DNA of 64,000 nucleotides from Eledone cirrhosa (Eukaryota). The position numbers were made by a program, and so were the translations under genes. Shown here piece by piece: positions 12,146 to 24,930 of this stretch (its first letter is position 1; each line of letters opens with the position of its first letter). Location: contig OZ024743.1 in assembly GCA_964016885.1 (NCBI GenBank), positions 16,058,001 through 16,122,000 of the forward strand, given 5' to 3'. The notes below the pieces were generated by a model that was not told the origin of the DNA, ran no database searches, and saw only the letters and a program-made list of their open reading frames with translations.

Positions 12146-15100
12146 ATGTTTTCTAATATCCTCTTCTAATTAATATATACCTTAACATTACTATATACTT
12201 TTCATCATATTTTTTCTAGCATGAAGCAGTTGAAATTGTTATTGACTGAAACCGGTACTAAAATAAAAAAAAAAAAATGCTTTTCTGTTTTTCTATGATA
12301 AAATTCTATTAGCATTTTCTACTGTTTTCTCTTTTTCCTAATATATATATATAAAAGAACACATCTGTGTATGTATATATATAAATTATATAAATATGCC
12401 TTCATGCCAATTTGTATGTGAACATTCTTTTATTTTCTGTTTGCTCTTTAAGGGAATTGGATGACATTAAACTAATATGAGTATTTGGAATATTCATAAT
12501 CAATTACTTGTAAAACTTAATGTGAATCCATTTTGATTTTCTTAATAGAGTTATTAAACACTAAACATAATTCAATCAGATCTTTTAGAAAATACATTTA
12601 ATGCATCTATTTTCCAATTTCAATGACCACAGTCCTTTTCTCCAGTTTTCATAAAGTTAAAGTTAAGTGAATGGATGGGAAATTTAAATAGATTTGAACA
12701 CTCAAATAGACTCTTTAAAAATTCAAGATTTAACAAATAGATTACAGAACATTTTCAATTTTCCCATTTTATTTTTGTAAAAGATTTATTATACTGACAG
12801 GTATACATGCAAGAAATTGTTATCAGATAAATACCTATAAGAAGATAAGTGCAAGAATGTACGATGCATTCAATGATGAAGCAAAATATTTGGTTACCAA
12901 TGTCGAATAATTTATCATGTATAATCCATCTGTAACTTTGAAAGATCACAAAGAAAACTCCACCCAGAACTTTGTAATATATTAAACCTCGTGAAAATTG
13001 AAATACATATTATCAGCAACAGGATTACTGATTTTATAATCTTGTTTTTCAGGGATGCAGCCGAAACCCCACTCTGACCTAGATGTAGAGTCCATCACTC
13101 TTTCCCCTTCCCCCTTTCTTTCTCCCAGTACCTAATAATCTTTGGTCTTTCCCTCATTTTCTTCTCATTTATAGCATTTATAGTCCTTTCCAATATGACT
13201 CTCTTCATATGTTTGACCAAATATAAACATTTTTGACTGTCTTTATGTAATTCTACCCTTTGAAATAAAATATTATTTCATATTAATATAAAAAAATACA
13301 AACATAATATATTCTAACCTAATCCAATGGATATATAGCAGCATTACCTTTCCGTGATTTAACCACACTGTCACTGAGTCCAACACTGATGTTATTATGA
13401 ATGCCAGAAAATCAGTTATTTCATGACAATTTCTAATGCCAAGAATCATTAAATTTGTAGGCCTGTATATTTTAAACACAATCATATTTAGAATAGAAGA
13501 GGCTAGCATAAGATTGTATAGATATGATAGTCTAGGAATAATACATCACAAAACCTCATTAGAATATTCACCCAACTAAACATTAAGATCACAATAATCA
13601 CTAACTTGAAAGCAGTTGACTACATTGTCATTAATGTAGGCATCAACAGCAGCAGTCAATACTCATTCAGTAAATCAAATGTAGAAACCATCTAATTTTG
13701 CTTGATATGATACCATGCTAATTCAAGTAATATACACCCATTCTCTACCCAAAACCATGGCTTTCATATAAATATTTTCACATTCTATTTGAAAACAATT
13801 TATATAAGAACAAAATAACTTGGAAGTGTTTGGTTACAATATATATGACTATACACTTCATTCCAATTACAGAACCTAGTAAAAAAAATTTCTCATTCAA
13901 ATTTCCAAAATGTTCCTTATCTTGTTAAGGATTACAAAAAGTATTTTAATAGATACATTTTAAAAAGTCACTGTAATATAAATGTTCAAATTGAAATTGC
14001 TCATGCTTCTAGTTTGGTATATATAAAATGAAATGTATCTAGAAGAGAGATTAAGAAAAGAATGGGTAACAGTGAAGAAAATGTTATTAAATGTTACTTC
14101 TATTTCCCTGTTGAAGATAAAACTCCATCTACATTGATACATGACTTTTTAATGGCATATCTTCAATTCCAACATCTCTCAATTTATTGGTAATCAGAGT
14201 GTATAAACTGAATGCAATACTATTAGCTTGAAATATTTGAAGGAAATATATATTTCTAAATATTCAGCTACAGCTGGCCTTTATACAGTTCCACTGAAAA
14301 TTCTGATTGCCACACTATAAATTTATTTCCAGCTATCAATTTCTCCAACGCAGATTGTAATTGTAATGGTTCAAGATAAATTTATTTCCATCTTAGTTCA
14401 AAGGATATTTTAGCTACAGCTATGTTAAATAGCCTTATGACTTGCAGTAAACTTAAATTGTGAACCAACAATTATGGTTTTAGTCTGAAAAGACTTACCC
14501 CTATTAAGGTACATTTGTGGATTGCTTGACACTATAAATTGCAGATATAATTCCTCGTTGATAATACCCCAGAATGGTTCAAATAAATGTAATAACTAGT
14601 ATTCTTACATGCTAGAGGAAATTTATGATTGATATCATAGCTTTAATGTTTAAGTGTTCTTCTAAGAGCAACCTATTACTATATAACTGAAATGCCTCTC
14701 TATCTCTCAGTGGCACCAGCCTCCGAGAACGTCTCTTAAAATTATTATTGTAAAACAGAATGAAATGTAAGAAGCAAAATAAAATAAAATAAAAATGTTA
14801 TGCTATGTTCTCAAATACTTAGGATATGGCATTTATATAAAATGAAGAATATATTCTAATAAATTCCATTTTATTATTCTCAACACATTTTAAAAATATG
14901 TATTTTTTATATTCAAAATCTTCGAAATGTAGATAACTTTTTCCCAAAATAGTGCAAATTAAGATAAAAATGCATAGGAAACACACATCTGAGAGAATGC
15001 ACACTTATAAACATGTATTCTCAAATCAATATTTTTTAATGTAGTATCAAAAGTGGGGTAAAAAGAAATGTTAGTATACAAAAGCATAAACATTAAAATG

Positions 15101-15652
15101 TATTCAAAAACAATTTCAGCAAAACAGGCATCTTCACAAAATATAAAATCTAGTATGATAGCACATATTTAAATAAGGATTGACAAACACCCTCTTGCAT
15201 ACGCTGTTTATGGAAATTGTCGTTATTGTAACAGACTTCAGTGTTATAATTGTCACCATAAATTCGTATTTTCTTCTTTTCTTCAACCCACATTACTTTA
15301 AAATCTATACAAATAATTTTATATCTTTGTTTCAATATTGGAAAATAATTTTCTCTTCCCCTCTCTATGTTAGCACATGGGAAGTGGACATTACATGAGT
15401 TCTATTTATCCTCTTGTAAATGTCTTCTCTCTATCTATCTCATAATATTAATATTTTTTCTCTCTCTCTTTCTTCCCTATCCTTCCCCAGCATCATTTAA
15501 ATAAACGGTTGTTTTTTCAATTATTTACACATTCATTTGCATATTCACACATAACTTTGAATAATCCCTAATATGTTTCCACTATCCAGTGAATTTCTGA
15601 CCAATAAGGTATGATTTTCATGGGTACGTCTTTATTTATAAAACAAACTTTG

Positions 15653-15717
15653 TATTTTATCTGATGAAAGCGCACCAAGGTTGACTTGGTTGCCATTGAA
15701 ATATATATAATAAAATA
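15653..15717 (+). ncRNA. Type I minimal hammerhead ribozyme motif
   Basis: tattttat-CTGATGA-aagcgcaccaag gttga cttggttgccatt-GAAA-tatata-TA-ataaaata. It has an 8-bp stem I and a palindromic stem III. Confidence 0.6.
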
Positions 15718-16016
15718 AATATGGTTTTATAAATATAGTTTCCATTTATTTAATATCATGGAATATTTACTCCAGTAGGCTATTGAGTGCTCTAAATCAG
15801 TTATAAAGATTTATGTTTGTCGGAATTCCAACAAATTAAATACAACTTCTACATATATATATATATGGATATATATATATATATATTTCGTTTCTTAATT
15901 TGTTTAGCAAGATTCGTTATCTGAAATCGTGTGTTGAAACCGATATTGTTATACTTTGGGAGGGTCATGTTGCCAATAAGAAACACACGCACCAGTTGCT
16001 TTCACTTCAATTTATT

Positions 16017-16102
16017 TTTGCCTTTCATCCTCACGGGGTCGATGAAATAAAGTACCAGTAATGCACTGAGTAATTGCTGGCCTTGTGCCTCAAGTAGAAA
16101 CA
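16017..16102 (+). mobile_element. 5'-truncated SINE (second group) inserted in the left PLE arm only
   Basis: tttgcctttcatcctcacggggtcgatgaaataaagtaccag...gaaaca is absent from the right arm (18330-18360). 'att' flanks it on both sides. Confidence 0.85.
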
Positions 16103-16197
16103 ATTATATATTTATAAATTTATAAATTTACAAATCTTCAAACTTATAAATTTCTGGTTGGTTGGTTGGTTCCACAACCAGATAGTTGTTTATATAT

Positions 16198-16242
16198 AGT
16201 CATAGTCCTTTCGTCACACACTCTGTGACCTCTTCAGTGACT
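16198..16242 (-). ncRNA. Minimal type I HHR (PLE family 1)
   Basis: Reverse complement of 18207-18251. Confidence 0.85.
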
Positions 16243-17178
16243 GGCGATTCCTTTCTTTGTTTCTGTGCCTTTCCTTTCTTCTGTCCTACGCCATTTTGTT
16301 TCTGTGTGTGTGTTGTGTGCTCAGTTTGCGCATGCGCCACATCCGGGTGTCTGTGTGTGTTTGTGTTCAATTATCTATTTGTTTATTTATTTACATGTTG
16401 TTGGTTGGTTGTTTGTTCTATGTGTGTGTGTGTTTTCATTTTGTCCTTAATTGTAAGTTGTGATGTTGCTGTTCCACTCATATTTTCTATTTAATTTTGG
16501 TTGTAATTCTTTTATGCTTACTGCCTCTGTAATTTGCCTAAACATTGCATCTTTTCTGTGTGTGGAATCTATTTTTATTTCTATGTTCTCTAATGTACCC
16601 TTGTGTTCTATCTTAGCATGTTGGTAGAGTACAGATGATTCTTTATTATCTTGAAGGTCTCGCCAGTGTTCATTTATTCGTTCCCCTATACTACGAGCTG
16701 TCTCACCTATGTACACTATATTTTTGTTTCTACATTGTCCTTCAGTACATTTTATGCTATACACTACATTTCTAGTTTTACAGTTAATATGGGGGCTTAT
16801 TTTACAGGTTATACATTTCTTATCTATACATGAGGGTCTTTGGAACGGGTATGTCTTGCTAATAAGTGTTTTTACGGATTGTTTTTAAGTGTTTATTTAC
16901 CCTTGTGTTCTATCTTAGCATGTTGGTAGAGTACAGATGATTCTTTATTATCTTGAAGGTCTCGCCAGTGTTCATTTATTCGTTCCCCTATACTACGAGC
17001 TGTCTCACCTATGTACACTATATTTTTGTTTCTACATTGTCCTTCAGTACATCTTATGCTATACACTACATTTCTAGTTTTACAGTTAATATGGGGGCTT
17101 ATTTTACAGGTTATACATTTCTTATCTATACATGAGGGTCTTTGGAACGGGTATGTCTTGCTAATAAGTGTTTTTACT

Positions 17179-18002
17179 GATTGCGGATTTGGTACGGGTG
17201 ATGAGAAATGTGTCCCGCATGTGCAACCCCGAAGAACTAGAGAGACACCTACAACACTTCATCCACCGTATGCAGTTCTCTGGCTACAATCAGAGAGATA
17301 GAATCAGAGTGTATAGAGGAGCCAGAACCAAATGGAAAAAAATGGTAAATAATGACATAAATGGGACCTGCCCCTTGTATAGGAGCAAATTTTGGAATAG
17401 AATAGAAAGAACTAGGAACAAGGCCAATAGAATAAACTCATGGTATGATAGCAATAAATACCAGAGTGTAATGTTCATCAATACAACCCCTAGAGGCGAA
17501 CTAGCCTACAAATTTAGAAGGGCCCTAAATAAACATAAACTCAATATTAAGATAGTAGAAAGACCAGGTACCTCCGTAAAAACAGTTATTAGCAAGACAT
17601 ACCCGTTCCAAAGACCCTCATGTATAGATAAGAAATGTATAACCTGTAAAATAAGCCCCCATATTAACTGTAAAACTAGAAATGTAGTGTATAGCATAAG
17701 ATGTACTGAAGGACAATGTAGAAACAAAAATATAGTGTACATAGGTGAGACAGCTCGTAGTATAGGGGAACAAATAAATGAACACTGGCGAGACCTTCAA
17801 GATAATAAAGAATCATCTGTACTCTACCAACATGCTAAGATAGAACACAAGGGTAAATTAGAGAACATAGAAATAAAAATAGAATCCACACACAGAAAAG
17901 ATGCAATGTTTAGCAAATTACAGAGGCAGTAAGCATAAAAGAATTACAACCAAAATTAAATAGAAAATATGAGTGGAACAGCAACATCACAACTTACAAT
18001 TA
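17179..18002 (+). pseudogene. PLE RT thumb, Cys linker and GIY-YIG endonuclease; 5'-truncated with a 1-nt frameshift near the end
   Basis: DLVRVMRN..F..RM..SGY; C-x4-C-x2-C..C; VVYSIRC...YIGETAR..EH...H...H. The minus copy keeps RQITEAVSI..LNRKYEW, whereas this copy has tttagcaaa instead of tttaggcaaa. Confidence 0.9.
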
Positions 18003-18206
18003 AGGACAAAATGAAAACACACACACACATAGAACAAACAACCAACCAACAACATGTAAATAAATAAACAAATAGATAAATGAACACAAACACACACAGA
18101 CACCCGGATGTGGCGCATGCGCAAACTGAGCACACAACACACACACAGAAACAAAATGGCGTAGGACAGAAGAAAGGAAGGCACAGAAACAAAGAAAGGA
18201 ATCACC

Positions 18207-18251
18207 AGTCACTGAAGAGGTCACAGAGTGTGTGACGAAAGGACTATGACT
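18207..18251 (+). ncRNA. Minimal type I HHR (PLE family 1); predicted cleavage after 18246
   Basis: agtca-CTGAAGA-g-gtcaca gagtg tgtgac-GAAA-ggac-TA-tgact. Confidence 0.85.
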
Positions 18252-18409
18252 ATATATAAACAACTATCTGGTTGTGGAACCAACGAACCAACCAGAAATT
18301 TATAAGTTTGTAGATTTGTAAATTTATAAATTTATAAATATATAATAAATTGAAGTGAAAGCAACTGGTGCGTGTGTTTCTTATTGGCAACATGACCCTC
18401 CCAAAGTAT

Positions 18410-18463
<54 letters not shown>

Positions 18464-18589
18464 ATATATATATATTCATATCACATGTCCATATATTATC
18501 ATAATCTTCATCATCATCATTTAATCTATGTATAGTATATATTCTGGGTTTTAGAATAGGTACTCTGTATCCCTACATATAATATCATA

Positions 18590-18706
18590 TGACTAAATGG
18601 GTTAGCATCAAGAAGGGTATCCAGCTATAAAACCTTGTCTCCATCCATCTCTTCCAAACACATACCGTCATGGAACAGTGGACATAAATGTGATGATGAT
18701 GATGAT
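18590..18706 (+). mobile_element. Old RTE-tail/SINE remnant
   Basis: gaagggtatccagctataaaa...catggaacagtggacataaatg(tga)n. Confidence 0.5.
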
Positions 18707-19379
18707 ATGTATTGTCATTCGATATTATCTCTGAATCGTTGAAGGTAATGTGACCAAAGGTCAATAAAAGATGCAATGACAAAAGAAGTATTGTGATGAA
18801 TAGGTGAAGGTGGATGAGCATGATGCAAAAACAGAATGATTGCACTAAGAATGCTATAGTGAGAGAGTGATGAAACAATACAGGTAGGAGTAATCTATAA
18901 AAGTTGCAATAATTGCAGTGGGTAGAAGAAGGATGAGAAATGTTACTAGGGGAGGGATGATGTTAAGAAAATAAGAATGGGGTAGAGAAAACACTAGAGG
19001 TTCTAGTGGTAACTATATATTTCTGGCTGAGAGATAGAGGTAATATGTGGGAAGATAACTTGATGGCTGATAGCATAAAAAAGTAGATGGCTGGAAGAAT
19101 TGTGTATGAACAGATATGAGGGAATCCCTCATAATACAAATCCTGATGACGAGGGTTGGTGAGTAGTTGTGTGCATAACAGAGAAGAAATAGTCAAACTG
19201 ATCCATTATCAGGATCTATTTACATAGTCAATATGGTATAGAAAATATAAAAGTGAATAAGGGAGAATGATAAGGAAATGAGAAGCAATATTTGATGGGA
19301 AATAAAAACCAATCACAAATTATATCTATGTATATATATAATATAATCAATCACAGATTATATATACACATATATATCA

Positions 19380-19900
19380 TAATCATCATCACCGTTTAAT
19401 GACTGTTTTTAATATTTGCATGGTTTGAACAGGTTGTGGCTTGCTGAGGCCAGACAACTCAGATGACCATATTGAACTCATACAGTCTGCATTTGTTTGG
19501 TTTCTGTGGCTGAATAACCATTCTTACACCAACAACATTCTAATGTATATTAGGAGGATGGTTTCTAAGCCTGGATACGCATCCTAACACCAACCACTTT
19601 ACAGGGAGCATTGTTTCTATGCCCGTTCCAATACCTACTTCTTTACAACATCTACTGGGAGAATGTTATCATGACACTGTGACTTCAAAATTTTAGAGGG
19701 GACTGAATGCTATTTGTCGTGGCATCAACTGTAGCACCTTACAGGGACTATTGAATGTTATTTGGCATGGCACTAACACTACCTCCTTGCAGAGTAGGTT
19801 GGATGCTTTTCCTCATGTTACCAGCACAAATAATTTACAGGATAAGCTGGATGCATTTTATCGTGGCACCAGTAGGGTTCTCAGAGACTTTGGTCTGGCT
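19380..19900 (-). mobile_element. Old RTE-tailed non-autonomous element with several ~40-45-bp subrepeats
   Basis: catcatcaccgtttaa tail, ctggatacgcatcctaacaccaacc, and repeated 'tgc.ttt..gtggcac' units. Confidence 0.5.
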
Positions 19901-20295
19901 GAGGAAGCATTTGTAGGTATTAAGAGAGTATAAATAGGAATGGTACATTCTAAATTGAAGTTACTGGTGTTTGAGGAAGTACAGGCATCTCAAGAAGAGT
20001 GATTAAGTGCTGGGTTGTGGGCATTGTCAATTATGTCTGACACATTTGGGATGTGTTTGGCTTTCTTTGTTTGAATGTTGAGAAGTACAGTCTATATCAC
20101 AGTTGCATGCAGTTATAAAATGTATATGTTGGTTTGTATATCTATAGGTAGAAATAAACTATTCACTGATTGGGTTACCATACATGTAACAAAGTTGTAT
20201 TTATGATTTACTATAGGTATCTTGGTTGAATGTTACTTGAGTTTCAGTTGAATTAGAAATTCTCACAGCAAAAGTCACATAGATGTCAATCAATA

Positions 20296-20363
<68 letters not shown>

Positions 20364-20365
<2 letters not shown>

Positions 20366-20708
20366 CATCTTCATCATCATTTCATTTTACGTCCGCTTTT
20401 CCCTGCTTGCAAGGGTGGGATGGGAACTGATTCTGGCTTGATTTCTACAGCTGTATGCCCTTCCTAACACCAATCTCATTTACAGTGAGTGCTGGGTGCT
20501 TTTTTGCCGTGGCACCTACACGACCACTATGCAGTGGAATGATATGGACCACAGTCCCTATTATCTCATTTCTACAGGTGAGTAAACTGGAGCAATGTAA
20601 AATAAAGTGTCTTGCTCAAGGAAACAACATATCACCCGGTCTGAGAATTGAACTCACAACCTTTCGATTGCAAGGCCAATGCTCTAACCACTAAGCCATG
20701 TGCCTCCA
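20364..20708 (-). mobile_element. Full-length CORE-type SINE with RTE-derived tail (SINE-A)
   Basis: Reverse complement of the 45412-45748 type, with A and B boxes. Sits in a TA tract. Confidence 0.9.
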
Positions 20709-20840
20709 TGTGTATATATATATATATGTGCCTCTATATGTATATATATATAATATTGGGTATGAATCGAAGTTGTAGCTGCAATATAGCAAATACTAAT
20801 CAAATCGTTTGAGGCAGTCACATACGCACACACACACACT

Positions 20841-20872
<32 letters not shown>

Positions 20873-21094
20873 GAGAGAGAGAGGGGGAGATATATACAGA
20901 GTTAGATAGATAGATGGGGGCTTACTAGTTAATGCTAATAGGACCATTGTTCATCTATGTACTCGATATTAAGAAAGTCGAGAGTAGATACTATAGTGTG
21001 TCTCTGCCCTATTACTCACCTCTAAGCGTTTTGACAAAAGAAGAACTCAGTCGTTGGACAGAAAATCATTATGATATATATATATTTCTCCTTC

Positions 21095-21134
21095 CATCTT
21101 CTAATAAAGGGCCAGCATCCAAAACATAAAGACG
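21095..21134 (+). ncRNA. Decayed minimal HHR
   Basis: catctt-CTAATAA-agggccagcatcc-AAAA-ca-TA-aagacg. All deviations from cgtctt-CTGATGA..GAAA-cg-TA-aagacg are G>A changes. Confidence 0.4.
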
Positions 21135-21228
21135 CATTTCTTACTGTATGAAGCACTAAACTAATATTTTTCTTGATTGTGCTGTGTTTGGTGGGTTGTT
21201 TCCATTTATATATATATATATATATATA

Positions 21229-21387
21229 TTTCGTTTCTGAATTTGTTTAGCAAGATTCTTTATCTGAAATCGTGTGTTGAAACCGATATTGTTATACTTT
21301 GGGAGGGTCATGTTGCCAATAAGAAACACACGCAACTGGTGCATGTGTTTCTTATTGGCAACATGACCCTCCCAAAGTATAACAATA
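21229..21387. mobile_element. PLE family 1 terminus-only insertion with inversion
   Basis: A minus-strand tail as at 15887-15992, then a plus-strand arm ending at aagtataacaatat into a TA tract. Confidence 0.85.
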
Positions 21388-21391
21388 TATA

Positions 21392-22052
21392 TATCATCAT
21401 CATCATCATCATCATCACCGTTTTACGTCCGTTCTTCCACGCTAGCATGGGTTAGACGGGTTGTCCTGTTGTGGGCAGTGTCTGGTCGGCTGACCATGCC
21501 TTGTTCATGCAGGAACTGATTTGGCTTGATTTCTACAGCTGGATGCCCTTCCTAACACCAACCTCATTTACAGTGAGTGCTGGGTGCTTATTCGTGGCCC
21601 CTACACGTCCACTTTACAGTGTGGGTTGGGTGCTTTTTTGCCGTGGCAACTCCATGACCACCTTACAGTGGGGAGTGTGGTGGCATATTGTCTATATGCT
21701 TCAGCTTGTACCCATGGGAGGTCGGGTACTCTATATTACTGCATGACGCCAGACGTCACGGTCGTGTGTCATTGCCTTTGAGAGGTGTAATTGGGTAAGG
21801 TCGGCTTTTATCACCTCATCCCAGGTCATCTTGGGTCTCCCCACTCCGCGGTTTCCATCGACTTCTAGTGCTCTGCACCTTTTTATGCAGCTGTCATCCT
21901 TCATACACATCACATGTCCATACCAATGCAACCGCCTCTCCTGCACACAGCATTTGATTCCTCTTATGCTCAGTCTCTCTCTCAATTCATTTATCCTTTG
22001 TCGTTCGCGTATATTACTATTACACATCCATGCAGGCTTCGTTTCTCTCTAA
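21392..22052 (-). mobile_element. RTE family A 3' fragment
   Basis: RRLHWYGHVM..GRPKMTW, plus the 3' UTR and (ATG)n tail. Confidence 0.92.
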
Positions 22053-22080
22053 TCTACATATATATGTATGTTTATATATA

Positions 22081-22254
22081 TAGGAAAAATTCAGGACCTA
22101 GCCAGCTGAGTTCTGCTTCAACAACTAAGTCCAAATGAGTCCGGATCTAGCTGTTGAAACGTCAGGTTCCTGAATTTTTCATATTACCCACTTTACTACA
22201 CAAAGTATCAAGTAGTCTAGTGAGTAATGGTCTAACTGGTTTTAGCACCTCCAT

Positions 22255-22260
<6 letters not shown>
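22081..22260 (+). mobile_element. Small hairpin-headed element in a TA tract, homologous to 62890-63100
   Basis: A hairpin gaaaaattcagg...cctgaatttttc containing GAAACGTC. The tail attacccactttactac...aatggtctaactggtt matches the reverse complement of 62910-62970. Confidence 0.6.
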
Positions 22261-22346
<86 letters not shown>

Positions 22347-23972
22347 CGAGAATAGTTGCTGAGATGCTGTAGGCTTCAGGGGAGACGTAGGCACTAAACT
22401 GGTTGCCCGCATCATCAATCAGGCAATATATGGTGGTGTCATACCCAAAGACTGGTGCAGCAGTATTCTCATAAATTGCTACAAAGGTAAAGGGGATGCT
22501 CTGGAGAGGAACGATTATAGGGGTATAAAACTGATGGATCAGGTTATGAAAGTGGCAGAAAGGATATTAGCACAACTAATTAGAGAAAGGGTCAAACTAG
22601 ATGAGATGCAGTTTGGTTTTGTGCCTGGGAAAAGTACAACAGATGCCCTCTTCTTGGTGAGACAATTGCAAGAGAGGTTCTTAGAGAAAAATAATCCACT
22701 ATACCTAGCCTTTGTTGACCTAGAGAAGGCCTGTGATAGGGTACCCTGATCTGTCGTCTGGTGGTCCCTAAGGAAACTTGGTGTTGAGGAATGGCTTGTG
22801 AGGACAGTGCAAACTTTGTACAGAGGTACTGTTAGTAAAGTCAGGGTAGGAACGGAGTTTAGTGAGGAATTCCAGATACAAGTAGGAGTACATCAAGGTT
22901 CAGTCCTCAGCCCGCTCTTGTTCATTATAGTCCTCTAAGCCATAACAGAGGAGTTTAAGACTGTCTGTCCATGGGAATTCTCTATGCTGACGATCTGGTT
23001 CTTAGAGCAGAATCCGTAGAGGAGCTAGAGAAGAAATTCTGGCTATGGAAACAGCAGTTGGAAGCAAGAGGACTGAGAGTGAACCTAGCTAAAACAAAGG
23101 TGTTGATGAGTAGAAAAGAGGACAAAACTCTGATTCTGTCAGGGAAATGGCCATGTTCGATATGCAGAAAAGGAACTGGCATAAATTTTATAAAATGCAC
23201 ACAATGCAGATCCTGGGTACACAAGAGATGTAGCGGGATAGCAGGTAAACTAACAGGCAGGGAGAAATATGTATGCAGTAGATGTACAGGGAAATTAGAC
23301 AGTAGAAGTCGCATTGATAGACACATTTTTCAAATGCAGGCGGATGCTATAGAAGTGGTGGATAGCTTCCGGTACCTAGGAGGTCAGATTAGCATGGGAG
23401 GGGGGTGTTCCGAGGCCATAGTATCTAGAATAAGGACAGGTTGGAAGAAGTTTAGGGAGCTGCTTCCTCTGCTGAGGAAGAAGGGTTTCTTCCTGCGTAC
23501 GAAAGGCCGGTTATATGATACCTGTGTGAGGATGCTGCATGGTAGTGAGACAAGAGCAGCAAAACTGCAGAGGATATGCGATGGCTGGAGAGAAATGAGG
23601 CAAGCATGCTCCGTTGGATGTGCAGTGTCAACGTGCGTGAACGACCCATCATGAATGTGTTGAGAGAGTAACTGTGTCTGAGAGGGATAGAATGTAGTGT
23701 TCGGGAGAGGAGACAGAGGTGGTATGGACATGTGATGCGCATGGAGGATGACCGATGGGTGAAGAAGTGCCAGGAAATGCCAGTTGAAGGAAGACGTGGT
23801 AGAGGTAGACCATGAAAAACATGGGCGGATGTGGTGAGAAGAGACATCAGATCGCTGAAGCTCACGGGAGAGATGACAAAGAACCGTGACGAGTGGAGAG
23901 ATGGTGTGCTGAATAAGACCCGTCCGACCCTTGCAAGCAGGGAAGAGCGGACGTAAAATGATGATGATGATG
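22347..23972 (+). mobile_element. RTE family B, 5'-truncated pseudogene
   Basis: EMQFGFVPGKSTTDA, LYADDL, Cys finger and WYGHVMR. The ORF end runs directly into cccttgcaagcagggaagagcggacgtaaaa(tga)n. Confidence 0.93.
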
Positions 23973-24032
23973 ATATATGTATATATATAAATATATATAT
24001 ATATATATGGATATATATATACATATATATAT

Positions 24033-24353
24033 ATCATCATCATCATCATCATCATTTTACGTCCGCCTTTTCCTGCTTGCAAGGGTGGGACGGCAACTGA
24101 TTCCGGCTTGGTTTCTACAGCTGGATGCCCTTCCTAACGCCAACCTAATTTACAGTGAGTGCTGGGTGCTTTTTTGCCATGGCACCTCCATGACTACTTT
24201 GCATTGGAATGATATGGACCCCTGTCCCTATCATCTCATTTCTACAGCTGAGTAAACTGGAGCAAGGAAACAACACATCACCCGGTCTGATAATTGAACT
24301 CACAACCTTTCGATTGCAAGGCCAATGCTTTAACCACTAAGCCATGTGCCTCC
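24033..24353 (-). mobile_element. SINE-A (small deletion in the CORE part)
   Basis: Homologous to 20364-20708. Lies tail-to-tail with RTE-B across a TA tract. Confidence 0.9.
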
Positions 24354-24512
24354 ATCATATATAAATATATATACAAATATAATATATATACAAATATAAT
24401 ATATGTGTCTAATATTACGTGGGTTGAAGAATCACATTTGTTTGAAATATTTAACCATGAAACAGACATAATGATAAAAATAATTATGCAGACCTCCTCA
24501 ATAACGATTACA

Positions 24513-24594
24513 TCTCCCAGACAGATTATGGGTTAATCTGTTTCGCCTTGAGTGTGTTTGTAACAGATAATCCACAGGTATCATCAGCGAGAGA
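24513..24594 (-). ncRNA. Type I HHR with a full 8-bp stem III and GUC site
   Basis: tctctcg-CTGATGA-t-acct...aggc-GAA-acagatta accca taatctgt-C-tgggaga. Confidence 0.8.
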
Positions 24595-24930
24595 ACCTGA
24601 TTAAATGCAACAAACACCTAATGCTAACAGTCACACAAAAAGTGCATACTTCACCTCGTGTGCCATAAGTCAAAAGTGGTGTGTCTTTTTCAACTCTTCT
24701 TCAACCCTCGTATTATTAGACACGTTGTTTATTACTGCATGTATTATTATAATGCTCAGTATTTATATTTTGAGCTTGTTAATTACAGGGTTTCAGTATG
24801 AGTTATTAACTCTACCTTTCATTTATATACAAATATATGTACATCTATACGTGGGGTTCAATCAGGGGTAGCCACAGCAGGTAAGATACTCAATACATAG
24901 GAGAGTATGAATATTTAATATAGAAATCGT

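Larger units (their letters stand above)
15887..18415. mobile_element. PLE family 1 composite: inverted (-) 3' copy, 302-bp duplication, and a (+) 5'-truncated copy
   Basis: The arms ~15947-16878 and ~17575-18415 are near-identical inverted copies. They carry a GIY-YIG domain and one HHR each, and TA tracts lie at both ends. Confidence 0.92.

Noticed and set aside
14300-14600. Patchy repeated words (gattgc..acactataaatt, aatggttcaa.ataaat) about 215 bp apart
   Set aside because: Too short and degenerate to assign, with stops in all frames tried.
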